DNA of 64,000 nt from Octopus sinensis. Lineage: Eukaryota. Made by a program: the position numbers and the translations under genes. This document shows positions 10,085 through 23,068 of this stretch, piece after piece. The stretch is from the NCBI RefSeq assembly GCF_006345805.1, contig NW_021832829.1, positions 1-64,000 on the forward strand, in the 5' to 3' direction. Position 1 is the first letter of the stretch, and each line of letters begins with the position of its first letter. Under the pieces are notes generated by a model. The model did no database searches and was not told the origin of the DNA. It worked only from the letters and a program-made list of their open reading frames with translations.

Positions 10085-13065
10085 ATGGCTATTTGCTCTT
10101 CGTGCAAAACTAGCAACGATCGGAAGAAAGGTAGATACTGTTCTGGCTGCAACAGTTTCTTCCACCTTTCGTGTGTTCGACTTTCCAGGCGCGTTTCAGC
10201 TTCTCTCATAACCTGGAACTGCCCTGTTTGTCGTTCTTGCAGGCCGTTCCCGGCCAACAGTCCGCCGGAAATCCCTGCTGAAAGTCCATCTCCGTCAGCC
10301 GAAGATGCTTTAAGATTCATCTATTCTTCTCGCTGTAACCGCAAAATTCCGGCACGGATACCGAAGGCAGCGAGGATTCAAGCTGCTCTCTCTTTGTCCA
10401 CAGCTATAAACCGCGCTTTGTCATCTAATGACCAGTCTGACTGGTTACTCCTTTTTGGTTTTGCTGTTTTCGGTATTGGGATCCAACCCTCCCGGCCCGA
10501 CAGCGAGTCTAAAAAACTTTCTCCCGCATCGATTATTAAACAGCAACTCGCCCTATTCGATCATTGTACTTCTCTGTTTCCCTCCCAGTTCGATTCCCTC
10601 CACTCTGACTCTCACAAATGTGTCGCCCCTTCTGTGGTTAACACTAAAACTTCCTCCGATTGCATTTACCTCCGTCGTAAGGTGAACAGCAAGCTGTTGG
10701 ACGGCGACGTCCGCGGAGCTGTCAGACTTGTTGCCTCCTCTAACCGGCTTTTGTCCCCATCTCCCTCCGCATTGTCTAATTTGAGATCCAAGCACCCCAG
10801 TCCTCCAGTAAACTCCCGCACCCAACCCGCTGTCGATACGACCGCCCTTCCGCAACTGCTGGTTACCGCTTCACAGGTTGAGAAGGCACTGAAAATTTTC
10901 CCCAAGCAGCAGTGGGGGTATAGATGGGCTGAAGCCCGGACACATTAAAGACTTGACTTCACCTCTTACTGCTGAGGCAGGCGTCGTCTCCTCTTGGAAT
11001 CTATCACCAATCTCTGTAACCGTCTTATCGGTGGGAATTTACCGGATTTTGCCCGGGCGATTTTCTTCTCGGCTAATCTCACTGCTTTGGGCAAAAAAGA
11101 TAACGGGGTCAGGCCGATCGCCGTGGGTAATGTTTTCCGCAGATTGGCCGGAAAGCTCGTTTGCCACGTTGTGATCCCCGAGTTGGTCCCGAAATTTTTG
11201 CCAGTCCAATTGGGCGTCGGCGTCAGTGGAGGGTGTGAATCGGCTGCCCATGCCGTAGAGAACTTATGGATTCTTCATTGGAATATCTTTTAGTTAAACT
11301 GGACATATCAAATGCGTTTAACACAGTGAGACGGGATCATTTGCTCGAGACCTGCCTTTCTCTCGCCCCCTCCGCTTATCCTCTAGTCCACCTTTCGTAC
11401 TCACAACCCAGCCTCCTCCTGTTTGGCATTCCTTTATCGTCTCATCGACCGGAGTGCAACAGGGAGATCCCCTGGGGCCTTTCCTATTTGCTATGTGTGT
11501 CAACTCCGTCGCTCATTCTGTCCGCTCTCCGGTAAATATCTGGTACTTGGACGACGCGACGATTTGTGGACCTCCCCGCTCTGTCTTAGACGACCTGCGG
11601 AGCATTATCCCGGCCCTTTCATCCATCGGTCTGGAGATAAACTCAAGCAAGTCCGAAGTCCTAAATCTGAATATTCCTTCCGATTTTTTGCCGAAACTCT
11701 GGACGCCCTGGAACCTATTCTAAAAGGCGCGCGGGTATCAGAAACAAAGGACCTTGTAATCCTTGGTTCGCCAATTGGTCACGAGGCCCTCTCACAAACG
11801 CTCATCGCCAAGGCAAGCAATCTGTCAAACATGATCGAACGGCTTTCCCTCATTGATGCCCACGTCGGGTTCTTTCTTCTGCGCGTAACTATTTCTCAAC
11901 TCCGAGGCTTTTGTACACCCTAAGGAGTTCTCCTTGTTTTCGCATGCCTAATCTGTTATCCGATATCGATTCTATCTTGAAGTCTGGAGCCGAGTATCTG
12001 TGCAACATCCATTTCGACGCTCTGGGGTGGCTTCAATCTTCCCTGCCTGTTAATCTCGGGGGGATTGGCCTTCGTTCGCCCGTTTATCTGGCTCTTCCTG
12101 CCTTCCTCTCGTCCCTGGCATCATCCGTGCCCTCACTGACATCGTTCTCAGAAACCTTCCCGAACGAAAAATGTCAGTTGATCACGTGGCCGCTCTGGAC
12201 CTTTGGGATTCATTGTACAACAAAAGACCCAGTGACCCGTGTATCCAAGCTCAATGGGATGCCATTTCTTGTGAAGCTCTTGACGTACATCTACGCAAAA
12301 ATTTCGATCAGCACAGACTTGCATGTCTCCGCGCAGGCTGCTGCACAGGGAGTGGGGCCTGGCTGGATGCTCTCCCTGTCCCTTCCACCGGTAACCTACT
12401 AGACAAAGATTGCCTACGAATTGGTTTATCATTGCGTCTTGGATTGGAAATCTGCGAAATACACAAATGTCGTTGTGGTGCTGTCATTGACCGTTTTGGT
12501 CTACATCCCCTTTCCTGTCGTCGCAGTGCAGGGCGCGCACCACGCCATGCAGCACTTAACGACGTTATTCAGAGGGGGCTCACGGCCGCTGGGATCCCAT
12601 CAATCCTCGAACCCGTCGGGCTTGCGAGGGGAGACGGAAAAAGACCCGACGGCCTATCGACTTTCCGTTTGAGTTCGGCAAGTCTCTGTTATGGGATGCG
12701 ACGTGTTCAGACACTTTCTCGGAGCTCAACCTTCTTCTTCAGCTGTCGAGCCTGGCTCAGTCTCTCGCAAAACGAGAAGATGAAGATTGGAAAGTACAAG
12801 GAGCTCTCTGAACGGTATCTGTTCACTCCCATCGCCGTCGAGACTTCCGGCGTCATCGGCGAAAAGTCTCTTTCCTTTCTAAAAAAGCTTGGCCGCATGA
12901 TCTCCCATAAACGGGGAGACCCACGCGAGTCCAAGTGGCTTTTCGAAAGGATTTCCTTGGCCATAGTACGTGGAAACTGTGTTTCCATTTACGATGCCGG
13001 GAATTTAGTTAGTTAATAACTATTTGTTAATTACATATAATATGTGAATATATAAAAAAAAAAAA
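10085..13065 (+). mobile_element. Near full-length CRE-like RLE non-LTR retrotransposon (PHD-like finger, RT, zinc knuckle, RLE), frameshifted
   Basis: N-terminal C..C/C..C..H..C/W.CPVC finger; RT motifs RPIAVG, LDISNAFN, QQGDPLGP and YLDD; CRC..C..H knuckle; RHAALND, GKRPDG, PIAVETSG. Stop at 13016, poly(A) at 13054-13065. The 5' boundary is upstream of 10085 and not fixed. Confidence 0.92.
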
Positions 13066-14870
13066 GTTAGTTAATAGCACTTCCGTGTTGCTGTACGCAC
13101 GTAAGTGCCTAAAGTTTCGCTCATGTCGTACTCACAACTATCCTCCCAGTCAATCTTTTCCATCCAGCCTTGTGCCGTTTGCGAATGTCCTTAAGATTGT
13201 CGCCGGTTTTGAATCGGTCGCCAATTCTTGCGTAATCATCTCAGAGGCAGAGAGGAAGCGTGGGTCTTGGCCGACCCCGAAATCCAATTCCGTGATTAGA
13301 GAAATATTCTTCCATGATTTGATTACAAAGATTCATATCGTCCATTATCAGGACATGTCCGAAAAGTCTCCAGCGTGAAGTAATAACCTTCTTGCTAATC
13401 GGCTTGCATTTACATAATTTGTAAAGAGTGTGGTTTTTGATGGTCTGTGGCCATTTGATACCCGCGATTTTTCTCAATTGCTTTTTATAAAAAGCGTCTA
13501 GTCTGTCAGGTCCGTTTTCGATGTTCTCCATGTTCCCGAGTTGTATAATAGGATTGATAGTACGAACGCATTATAAAGCACGTCCGAAGATTTAGAGAGA
13601 TAAGTTTTTGGCGTGTCCAGTCCATATCTTTTTAGTGCACACGACGCCAACATTTTTCTGCGGCCAAAGTCCTTAGCATCGCCAAAAAGCGATCCGAGCC
13701 GGATTGATCTTGAGGGACCATTTCTTCAAAACTGTTGTAGCCTTGTCTACTACAGCTCTTAGAGTCTCCACATCCTCAGATATGTCGCCAGCGTATATTA
13801 CTTTCACAAAATGATTATTTAAGTGATGCAATTCCTTTCTGACATCCGCGGCTTCCCAATAGATTGCAAAGAGGACTGGCGATAGAGAGTCCCCTTGGCC
13901 AATCCCAGTGGCAAATTTATCCGAATAGTCTCTCCCCATTTTCACTACAAGGCTCGTATCAGCCAGCAGAAAACGCACAATACTCAAGGAGTCTTCATCA
14001 ACAATATCCTCGAGAAACCGCAGTAGTTTATCTCGACAGATACTGTCAAACGCTTTTGACAGGTCAACTCCCAAAATGCTTTCCTGTACATCTGACATAT
14101 GGCAGTGTGCATCGTTTCCTGTCCACCGATGACTCCATACTATATCAGCGGTTGATCTTCCCGGTCTGATTCTGCTTTGATTTGGCGAAAAGTATTAATA
14201 AATTGATTTTGATATACGATTCAATGTTGTAATCGATAGGGTTTTTTGCAACGTTGTCAAAAGCACGATTGGCCTGAGGTTTTCATTTGGACCTGCAGGT
14301 TTGCCAGGTTTTTGCAGAGGAAGTAGAACTCTCATGTGTGCTAAATATCTCATTGAATATAAAGGTTATCATTTCTGTAAGCTTGGACGGTGCGTATTTC
14401 AGCTACTCTCCGCAAATATTATCAAACCCGCTGCTTTGTTGTTATTCTGTCGAAGCATTGCTGAGCGAATCTCGGACTCTGTAAACATATTTTTCACTAA
14501 ACGAGTCTGCCCCTCGAATTGTGAAAGCAATGAAGAATCCTCCATATTGAACTGATTGCTAAAGTGTCGAACTATGAGTTCAGCCGAGCGTCTGGCGTTC
14601 AATAGAAAATGACCAAACTCGTCTTGAATTTTTGGACTAGTTTTAGCTGATCTCCGTTTGAGTAAACGCACAGCCATAAACATTTTTAGGCCTGAATGTA
14701 GCCTTCCACATCTATTATACGCTGGTACAAAAATTCCGACCAGGATTGAACCACATTCCTCTTGATTTCGTGTTGGTTACGCATTCTTCTTAGTTTGAGT
14801 TTCTGTTCAGGTCACAGGTCTCGTTGATGTATAGACAGTCCATTGATATCTTCCTTCCATCCTAGGGAAT
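13066..14870 (-). mobile_element. RTE-like non-LTR retrotransposon fragment
   Basis: GVDLSKAFDSICRDKL, QGDSLSPVLF, RWRLFGHVL and FRGRPR motifs. The 3' end GTGCTATTAACTAAC matches the end of the 8700-9697 copy. Confidence 0.82.
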
Positions 14871-15040
14871 GTTAGAAAAATTAACATTGAATAATTTATT
14901 TAAATATATAATTTTTGTTGTTTTTATAAACATAAAAATGTTATATGACCTATCTTAATTTAAAAAATAATAAAATAACCAAATTAAACCACTTTGTGAT
15001 TCAGTGTTGTTTTTGTTAGAAAACGTAAAATTAAATAGAA

Positions 15041-16333
15041 ATGGGAGAAATATATGACCTAAACATTCCTTCAATATCTTGTTTTGCCTTAAACAACAAC
15101 AGCACAAGTATAGATAACCTTAATTCCCTTTATCCTCTTAATATTAATCAATTCCAGCTCTCGTTGCTTCCCCGTCAAACAAGGAAATCCGTGTTTACAA
15201 ACTCACTGGCAAAAAATGGGAGTACTCCGAGACCTTAGGACAACATACTCAAACTGTCACTCGACTTAGCTGGTATCCCAATCAAGACAAGTTTCTGTCG
15301 TGTTCTTCCGTAAGCAATCTCCACCAATTTTAGGACAGAAATGCCTTTGTCTGGTCGTTGGAGAATGGCAAGTGGACTCCCCAGTTGGTTGTCCTCGGAA
15401 TCAAGTTTAGTGCCTGTTGTGGGTCGGTCTCTCCCAAAGGTATCCTTATTCGCTCTTTATTAGTCCAATAGGACAGAAATTGGGAGTTGGTTGTAGTGAC
15501 AAACTCGTTTCTGTGTGCTTCTACCGAAAGTCTGATAATTGGTATACAGGAAAGAGGATTAAGAAGCCTATTTTGTCCACAATTACATGGTTGTGTGTTT
15601 TGGGTCACATTAGTATTGACTGGCACCCTGATGAGGTCATGTTGGCTTGTGGATCCACTGATTCTCGAGTCAGGTATTCTAGAACATTCTAGAACATTCC
15701 AGAGTGTTCTCGACGTATACCAAAGATTTGGATCCGTCGACTTCGGAGAGTGAATGTGGGAAGTTTGGGGACATGTACTTGGAGACGAAGAGTTCCTACA
15801 GTGGATTTGTCAATGATGTAAAGTTTTCTCCTTCTGGGAAATACTTGGCCTTCGCAGCCCATGATGCCACTCTCAATGTGGTCGAAATGTCCTCCAAGAA
15901 CACGTATTTGTGCCATATGAGTCCTCAGAGTGGCAGTCCTCGATCTGACTACTCTCCCTCTCAAATGCATCATCTGGACTAGCGAGACTAGTCTGATAGG
16001 CGGAGTTTGTCTCCTGTGGTTATTTTCCAGGGATTCGACTTTATTCCGTTTTTGTATGAGTTCAAGAACAACCGTTTGAGCAAAGTGAAGGATCTGGACA
16101 AGCCCAAGGCAGTGCAGGCTTCGGGGCAGTCTGCAATGAACAAATTTAAGAACCTGGACAGGACAGCTCAGGAGGACGACGTGGTGACTGCCAATACTGT
16201 GCATGGCAATACGATAATGTGGGCAGTTTATGTCAGTTGTAGAGATATTAAACCATTTGCGAGGAATGGGAGTAGTGTTAGTAAAGTGGCTTCCATGTCT
16301 ATTGAAGGACGGTTTGCAGTCTGGGCTGTCTAA
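15041..16333 (+). CDS. ARPC1: Arp2/3 complex subunit 1 (p41, WD40), multi-exon
   Basis: Spliced translation includes [54 protein letters not shown] and SAMNKFKNLD. Introns are 24-50 nt. Confidence 0.92.
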
Positions 16334-16797
16334 TCTATTCTTTAATTCTAAGGAGTTGCCTTTGGAATAACATTTATGATAATTGTGGGCAATAAATTAT
16401 TTATTTTCCAAATTTGATTACTGCTTTTACTCGTTAGGATTTATTTACAAGGAATGGCTGAGTTTAAATTGTCGTTTATTTGACTCAATCGAGTCCTGGG
16501 TTGGAATCCGGTTAGTTGGAATCCGGAATTTAACTTTTCTAATTATTACACTTTTATTTGACGGTAAGTGAGCAACAGTCCGAAGCCAAATTTAACTCGA
16601 AATTGTTTTTAATTTTTATAATTTAATGTTAATATTAATCATGTCACCATTCAAATTTGAAAAATAAAATAACAGTTAATTAGGTTAATTATAACAATCG
16701 AAAATGTCGAAATTCAGTCTTGGGTGTTTAATATCTACATTTAGCAGAAACATATTTTCTGCCAAAATGTTTTGTTTTTTTAATTTAGTGCAGAAAA

Positions 16798-17746
16798 ATG
16801 TTGTCCCAGGACATATCCAAGTGTCAAATCGGTTTTGTAGGATGTGGAAATATAGCCAGAGCTATGATTGAAGGAATGTTGAAAAGCAGTAAAAATTAAT
16901 TCCAACTTAATAAAACAGAAAGAATAAATAAAAGTCAACTTTATGTTTCAGAAAAACCAGAATTCGTCAACAAAATCACAGTATTGACACAAATAAAGAT
17001 TCTCAGAAATTGGGCCTTGCCCCACATTCTCTGGACACGGTGGTCAAATCCAACGTGATCTTCCTTTGCGTGAAGCCCAGAGATCTTGGAAGTGTCCTTC
17101 CAAAGATCAAGGATAGTCTTGTCGTGTCGGCAGCTGCTTCTACGCCAATCGATGATTTGGAATCCGTGATCTTAATTTTTGAAATATTTTAAGATTTTGC
17201 CTAAAGAAACCAAAATTGTAAGAATAATGCCAAACGTGGCCAGTTCCCTGTGCTCTGGAGTAACTGCCATATCTGCAGGAAATACAGTCACCGACCAAGA
17301 TTTGAAATTTGTCCAAGTATAAATTCATTCCAATTCTAAACAGGAATTAATACAAACGTTTGGAATCAGTATTGTCGTCCCCGATCACCTCGTTGATCCT
17401 TTTGCAGGGATTGCCGGCTCAGCAATTGCCTATGTTTGGATAGTTTTAATTATTGAACCAGTTTTTTGTAGCTATTGAAGCCTTATCCGACGGTGGGGTG
17501 GCTGTGGGCTTCCAACGAGATGTGGCAATCCAGTCTGGGGCTACTGCCATGCTTGTTTCCCTTAGTAATCTACTTTAGGGTGCTGCCAAGCTCATATTAG
17601 AGACAGGACACCACCCAGCAAAGCTCAAGGACTCAGTCACTTCTCCTGGGGGCAAGACCGTCGCTGGAATATGCGCATTGGAGAATAACAAGTTCAGATC
17701 CGCCATAATTCAAGCTGTAATTGATGCAGCCAAACATAATTCATAA
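16798..17746 (+). CDS. PYCR: Pyrroline-5-carboxylate reductase, multi-exon
   Basis: [16 protein letters not shown] nucleotide-binding motif, [20 protein letters not shown] and [12 protein letters not shown]. The start could be slightly further upstream (~16704). Confidence 0.92.
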
Positions 17747-18239
17747 CTATTCTTTATTCTATTTATTTTTGTCGCTTATTTTGCTGTCTTTACATTTTTG
17801 ACATTTTTCTTGGAACTGAATTGACCATAGGAACTTTATCTGGTCATTTAATATTCATAAAATTATTCAAAAATTATTTTAATTGTCAATTATTAACTGT
17901 CTTCTTTGATAATCTACCTCAGCAACCGCAGACAAGCAGTCTCTTACATTTATTTGTGCTATTTTATCATTAATTGGATTAGCAGAATAAGACATATTTT
18001 CTAACCAATGCTGCCTAATGGAATTTTCTAAGAATGTTTTTGATCTGAAAAATGTCAAAGGAAGATATAATCAACCCTATATTTAAAAGTTCGCTTCAAT
18101 GATGAAACATAAAGTTTTAAACCACTAAAATAGACCTAACTCTCACAATTAGTGAGAACAAAACACAAGTCGATTCAAAATTAAATTCAAGTGGAACATA
18201 AAAATTAAAATTTCGTCCTTCAGAAGACACCTAATCAAG

Positions 18240-18680
18240 GAAATCCTTCTGAAACTTTAAAAGTCATCAGTTTTCTAATTTTCCTAACTACTCTGCTGCA
18301 TGTGACATCAAAACAGCTATATATTACCATCGAACAATTCTTATCAATTTATTCTACAAGTTTTACTCATAAATTTAAACAGCATTGCTCCCTCGATTTG
18401 GAAAAGGCTTTCGAGTCGGTGTCGAGAAAACTCAGCTCGAGAATTATTTGGACAGCATAATTGCTTTGTATAAGACAATCTCTCCATTTCTTGCAACGAT
18501 AATGACATTCTCCCAACCTATGCTGATGATCTTTTGACTCACATGATCAGAGCCTCTAGGTATCAATCAGAATACAAAGTTTTTCCTCAAGATGCAAAAC
18601 TGACTCAGAAAAAATGACATCTCATAAAATGTTCTGGAATTCAAGAAGCATAATCCACTTTTGTAGACAGAAGTATCATA
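18240..18680 (+). mobile_element. Degenerate LINE reverse-transcriptase fragment
   Basis: LDLEKAFESV and TYADDLL motifs with stops and frameshifts. Confidence 0.55.
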
Positions 18681-19003
18681 ATATTAAATTGAACAAAAAA
18701 TTAATAAATATACATTTTTAATGATCTTGAAACTAATTCACTCAAAGGTATTTGCTGACGTTTTAAATTTATGAAACAAAAAGTCAGATATTTAACATTT
18801 ACGTAAACAGAAATTCCAAAAATTAGCTTTTTTAATGCTAATTTTATTCATTTTTTGATTTTTATGATTTTAATAATAATCTTGTGAACCAGTTTATTGG
18901 GTTAAATTTATTTAAAAATTACATTAATATTAATTGTAAAATATTTGAAGCAGATTTGTTGGGAAATAGATTTTGTTGACCCTTCACGTCCACATTTCTC
19001 CAT

Positions 19004-20556
19004 ATGAGTGACATACAATCTGTAAGAAATCACCTTTTATTAAAACGAATCAATTATAATTTCCACTATTATTTATCTTTCCTGTTTTAATTCACTTTCA
19101 CTAGAATTACAAATATCCAAAAAACGAGAAGAAAAACAAGTTTTTTGTAATATAATCGTATTTTTAGTATAGCATTGACCTTTATGAACCTATTTAAAAG
19201 CATGTTAGGAACGGCAATTCTCTCCCTCCCCATCGGTTTTAAACACTCCGGAATCGCGGTAGACTAAATTTCCGCTAAAAATATTAGGTCGGGGTTGTGA
19301 CCATTTTTGTGGTTTCTGTGCTATCGACATGTTCGATTCATTTGCTTATGAAATGTTCTTCCAAACTAGAACAAGCGTTATTAAATCAGGAGAACCCTCC
19401 CGATAACCTGACAAGAGAAGGTTTGGGATATAAAGACATTATTTACTACTCCGCCGTGATCGGACTCGATTCTCCGCGATTAGGAGAAATATTTGGCTTT
19501 GTGGTCAACTGTTCACTCGTTTTCACACAATTGGGATTCTGCTGTATTTATATCATTTTTGTGGCCGACAATTCCCACCAAGCCCTAAAATATTTCAGTT
19601 CAAATGCCCCTTCGCCAATCGTCTTTTATATTTCCACGGTGGTGGTTTTGCTGGTCTTTGTTTTTATCCGTGATCTCCGCCAGTTATCGGCCTGTTCGCT
19701 TTTTGCCAATTTGTCTAATTTTGTGGGCATAATTCTGTTGTTTTATTTTTGTGTGGCAGAAACGCTGCCAATGACGGAAATTCCGGTCAAAACTGACTTT
19801 TTGGGATTTGCTTTGTTTTTTGGGGTCGCCGTGTTCAGTTTTGAGGGGATTGGAGTGGTAAGGTTCTTTTATAATCTCAGGCAGTCCCAATCCGTAACAA
19901 AATGCAAAACAACGCGGAATTCGGCGGTTTTTTCGGAGTCCTCAATACCACCATGGGCGTAGTCACGTTGTTAAATCTGGCAATTGGATTCTACGGATTG
20001 GCACGTTTTGGGGACTCGGTATGCCCTAGTATCACCCTCAACCTTCCTCCTTCTACGTTGGTTTGAGTTTCGTTTTTTAGGCTGTCGATTACAGTGAGAT
20101 TTCTTTTTGTGTGTTCTGTGTTTTTTACGTTTGGTCTTCAGTTTTATGTGCCTGTCCAAATAATCCTTCCGTGGTTTCTCAGACGGTCTTCGCAGATTTT
20201 TGGAGACCGTCATGTTTTGGCGGAATGTTGTCTGAGATTTGGTTTGATTGTACTTTTGGGTATTGAACTGTCAATTTTGTGTAGCATTTCCTGCAGTTTT
20301 GGTGCCTTATTTGGACTTGATGATTTCGTTGGTTGGGTCTGTGTGTGGTTCTCTGCTGGCGTTTATTGTGCCAGTGATTGCCAATTTGGGGGTCAACTGG
20401 AAATCACGTGCTACTGTTAGATTGGAGATTGGTCTTTCGGTTTTTATTGGGATTTTTGGTTTTATTGGAATGGGAGCGGGGACATTTGCTAGTATATATG
20501 CGATTGTTAATACTCTTAATGGGAAAATGAATGTTCCCTCGAATTGCCATTCATAG
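19004..20556 (+). CDS. SLC36A: Proton-coupled amino acid transporter (SLC36 / Aa_trans family), multi-exon
   Basis: MNLFKSMLGTAILSLPIGF, TQLGFCCIYIIFVA, FFGVAVFSFEGIGV and FTFGLQFYVPVQII motifs; many hydrophobic segments. Confidence 0.88.
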
Positions 20557-21273
20557 TGATTAATAGTATTTAAATATACTTTTTTAATCGATTTATTTTT
20601 ATGCTTGTTTGTTTTTTATTTTCATACTTGCTCAATTCAGTGGAAATAGCCACAATTTGAGATTTCAAAACTTGGCGATCGGGGCAATGCAGGTTGGCAT
20701 GGTGGAGGCATATATTATTGAACGAAGAAACATTATTTATAAAAAGAAACAAATCAAGTATTTTATTGGCAGATTATTGAATTCAAAGCGATGATAGAAT
20801 GAATGAATTTTTTTTATTAAAACGGAAAAGCCGAAAAAAGAGAGAGAAATTTAATGAGACAACTTATGCCTCTTCTCCGTTGTTTCCCTCTTTTTTTAAT
20901 TCGAGATTTGAGAGGAAAAGGCTCTATCAAAAACACTTCCAACCGTTTCCGTCGCGTCTTCCATCTCTCGATGGATAGGTTGGTCCAGCTGTAGTCCATT
21001 TGCCAATTTGATGGCATATCTCTCGTCTTTTCGACCTTAGCGATAATGCCATCCCTCTCAGCAGTAGGGTACCATCCCTCGAATTCGTAGGTAAGCAATG
21101 GTTCGACGCACGTTTTATTAACATATAAAAACGTTTCCGGACAAAGGTGGAAGTGAATTATGCTTCTGAGAATTTGAGTGCATTTCCTTCTCCTCGAGTA
21201 AATGTATCTGAAGTAAGAACCCTTGGATCCAACTTCAACCTCAAGGTATTTCAGGTTCTTTGTTACTGTAAAC

Positions 21274-23068
21274 CAGGGTTGTTAAAAATCATGATTTTTT
21301 TCAAAAAAATCAAAAAAATCTGATTTTTTTGATTTAATCACGATTTTTTTGATTTAAATCAGATTTTTTTGAATTAAATGATCTTTATTTCAAAACGACC
21401 CTTTCCACCTGGCTTATCAGAGAACCTCTCTCTTTGTACATAAACACTGAAAAACGGCCACGCAGAACGATCTATCGTAGTTCCTTATGTCCACCGGGAT
21501 CACTTAACTAGTTTGCATTACGCTTTCTTTCTTTGTGGTCTTCGGGTAATAAATAAAAAAATATTTCAAAGCGAACTAAAATAAAAAACAAAAACAATGG
21601 AAATCGTTTTTATTTATTTAAAAGCTTGTAAATGGAAACAAGTTTGGCTGCTTTTTCGATCCCCAGCCTCAACATTTGAAAGAGATTTCCCACTACATGT
21701 CGGGTCGATCAAATTCGCAAGTAAGTGGAAAGGTGTTATTGCTTGTTTTGCTCGAATTCTCACTTTTCCTAAAATATTCGTACATCCATTGTCAATATAT
21801 GTCTGTTCAAGTTCTTTCCAAATTTCTACAGCATGACTAATCGTGGTAGAATCATTCTGAATTTTATCTAAAGCGACAGCAATTGGTTTAATAAGCATCA
21901 GATATTCTTCAACGCGTCGTTTTAGGGAAATATTTTGGACCTTGGAAAAAATCTCTGTATCAATATCCGTTCTGTGTTCCTCACAAGTTCTCAAAATAAT
22001 AGACCAATTATCCAGATAAGATTGAAAACAGTCTGATAAAGTGTTCCACCGTACATCAATCGGAAGAACGAGTTTTTTTCCTCCATTAGATTTGTACCAT
22101 GCAGCTGGAAGATGGACGTTTCGGAAATATTTATTGATTGTTACAATAGTTCCTTTAACGTCCGCTACCTCGACATCCTTCACAAGAAGGTTGAGATAAT
22201 GTGCCGAGCAACCATAAGTAATTATTTCATTGCCATCTTCCATCATTATCCGTCTCATTTTAGTCATGTTGGCAGCATTATCCGTTACAAGACTGCCGAT
22301 TTTACATCCAAACCGTTGTTCAGCCAATTGTGCGGAGGCTAAAGCAACAGATTGAAGATATTCCGCAGTGTGGCTATATCCAGAAGTGTCCACAGTGTCA
22401 ATGAGATAATTTTCCCCATCTGATGTCACAACCGAGACACAAATAACGGGTTCATTATGAATGTTGCTCCACCCGTCCAACATCATAGACACTGTTTTGT
22501 CCTGGAGTCTTTGTCGACAGTCTTCATGTATTTGGTCGTACACATGATCAAGTAATGTACCACCAATTTGATGACGAGAGGGTAAACGATACCCAGGAAG
22601 AAGCATTTGGACGAATTTGACAAATTCGGGATGTTCTACAGCAGCAAACGGAGTGTTTGTAGAAAATATGTATCTAGCGAGTTGCAGATCCATCAAATCT
22701 TTCTTAGATGAAGTCGTCGTAGTTACGAAATTGATTAATGAATGGTCCTTCATCCTTGGAGGAAATTCGCTTTCAGGTCTCGGCATATTTTCAGGGATAT
22801 CAATATTACTTCGACATAATAAATGATGCTGCCTCATCCGAGATACAAGACCTTGTATGTCCTTCCCACAATTACGACATCTGGCACGGCTTCCGGTCTT
22901 TCCAGGAATAATACGTTTATCAAAATAAGCCCACAAAGAATCACGCTTTCTTCCAGACATTTAAAAAAATTTAAATGATTTTTTTGATTTTTTTGATTTT
23001 TTTTAATGATTTAAATCATTGATTTTTATTGTTGATTAAAATCAAATGATTTAAATCTAACAACCCTG
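21274..23068 (-). mobile_element. hAT DNA transposon with TIRs and 8-bp TSD
   Basis: TIR CAGGGTTGTTA at 21274 and TAACAACCCTG ending at 23068. TSD CTGTAAAC at 21266-21273 and 23069-23076. Subterminal GATTT/AAATC arrays. Confidence 0.95.
21614..22960 (-). CDS. hAT transposase (BED finger), C-terminally truncated, 448 aa
   Basis: BED finger W..F..C..C..H, MLDGW, VTDNAAN, CSAH and RWN motifs. No recognisable C-terminal dimerisation domain. Confidence 0.88.
   Translation of the reverse strand: MSGRKRDSLWAYFDKRIIPGKTGSRARCRNCGKDIQGLVSRMRQHHLLCRSNIDIPENMPRPESEFPPRMKDHSLINFVTTTTSSKKDLMDLQLARYIFSTNTPFAAVEHPEFVKFVQMLLPGYRLPSRHQIGGTLLDHVYDQIHEDCRQRLQDKTVSMMLDGWSNIHNEPVICVSVVTSDGENYLIDTVDTSGYSHTAEYLQSVALASAQLAEQRFGCKIGSLVTDNAANMTKMRRIMMEDGNEIITYGCSAHYLNLLVKDVEVADVKGTIVTINKYFRNVHLPAAWYKSNGGKKLVLPIDVRWNTLSDCFQSYLDNWSIILRTCEEHRTDIDTEIFSKVQNISLKRRVEEYLMLIKPIAVALDKIQNDSTTISHAVEIWKELEQTYIDNGCTNILGKVRIRAKQAITPFHLLANLIDPTCSGKSLSNVEAGDRKSSQTCFHLQAFK

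Noticed and set aside
4357-13076. Sequence-specific CRE target AAGTTA(A/G)TT, seen after two poly(A) tails
   Set aside because: The third poly(A)-bearing copy (39230) is followed by TGCATTG, and no matching left TSD was found for the full-length copy.
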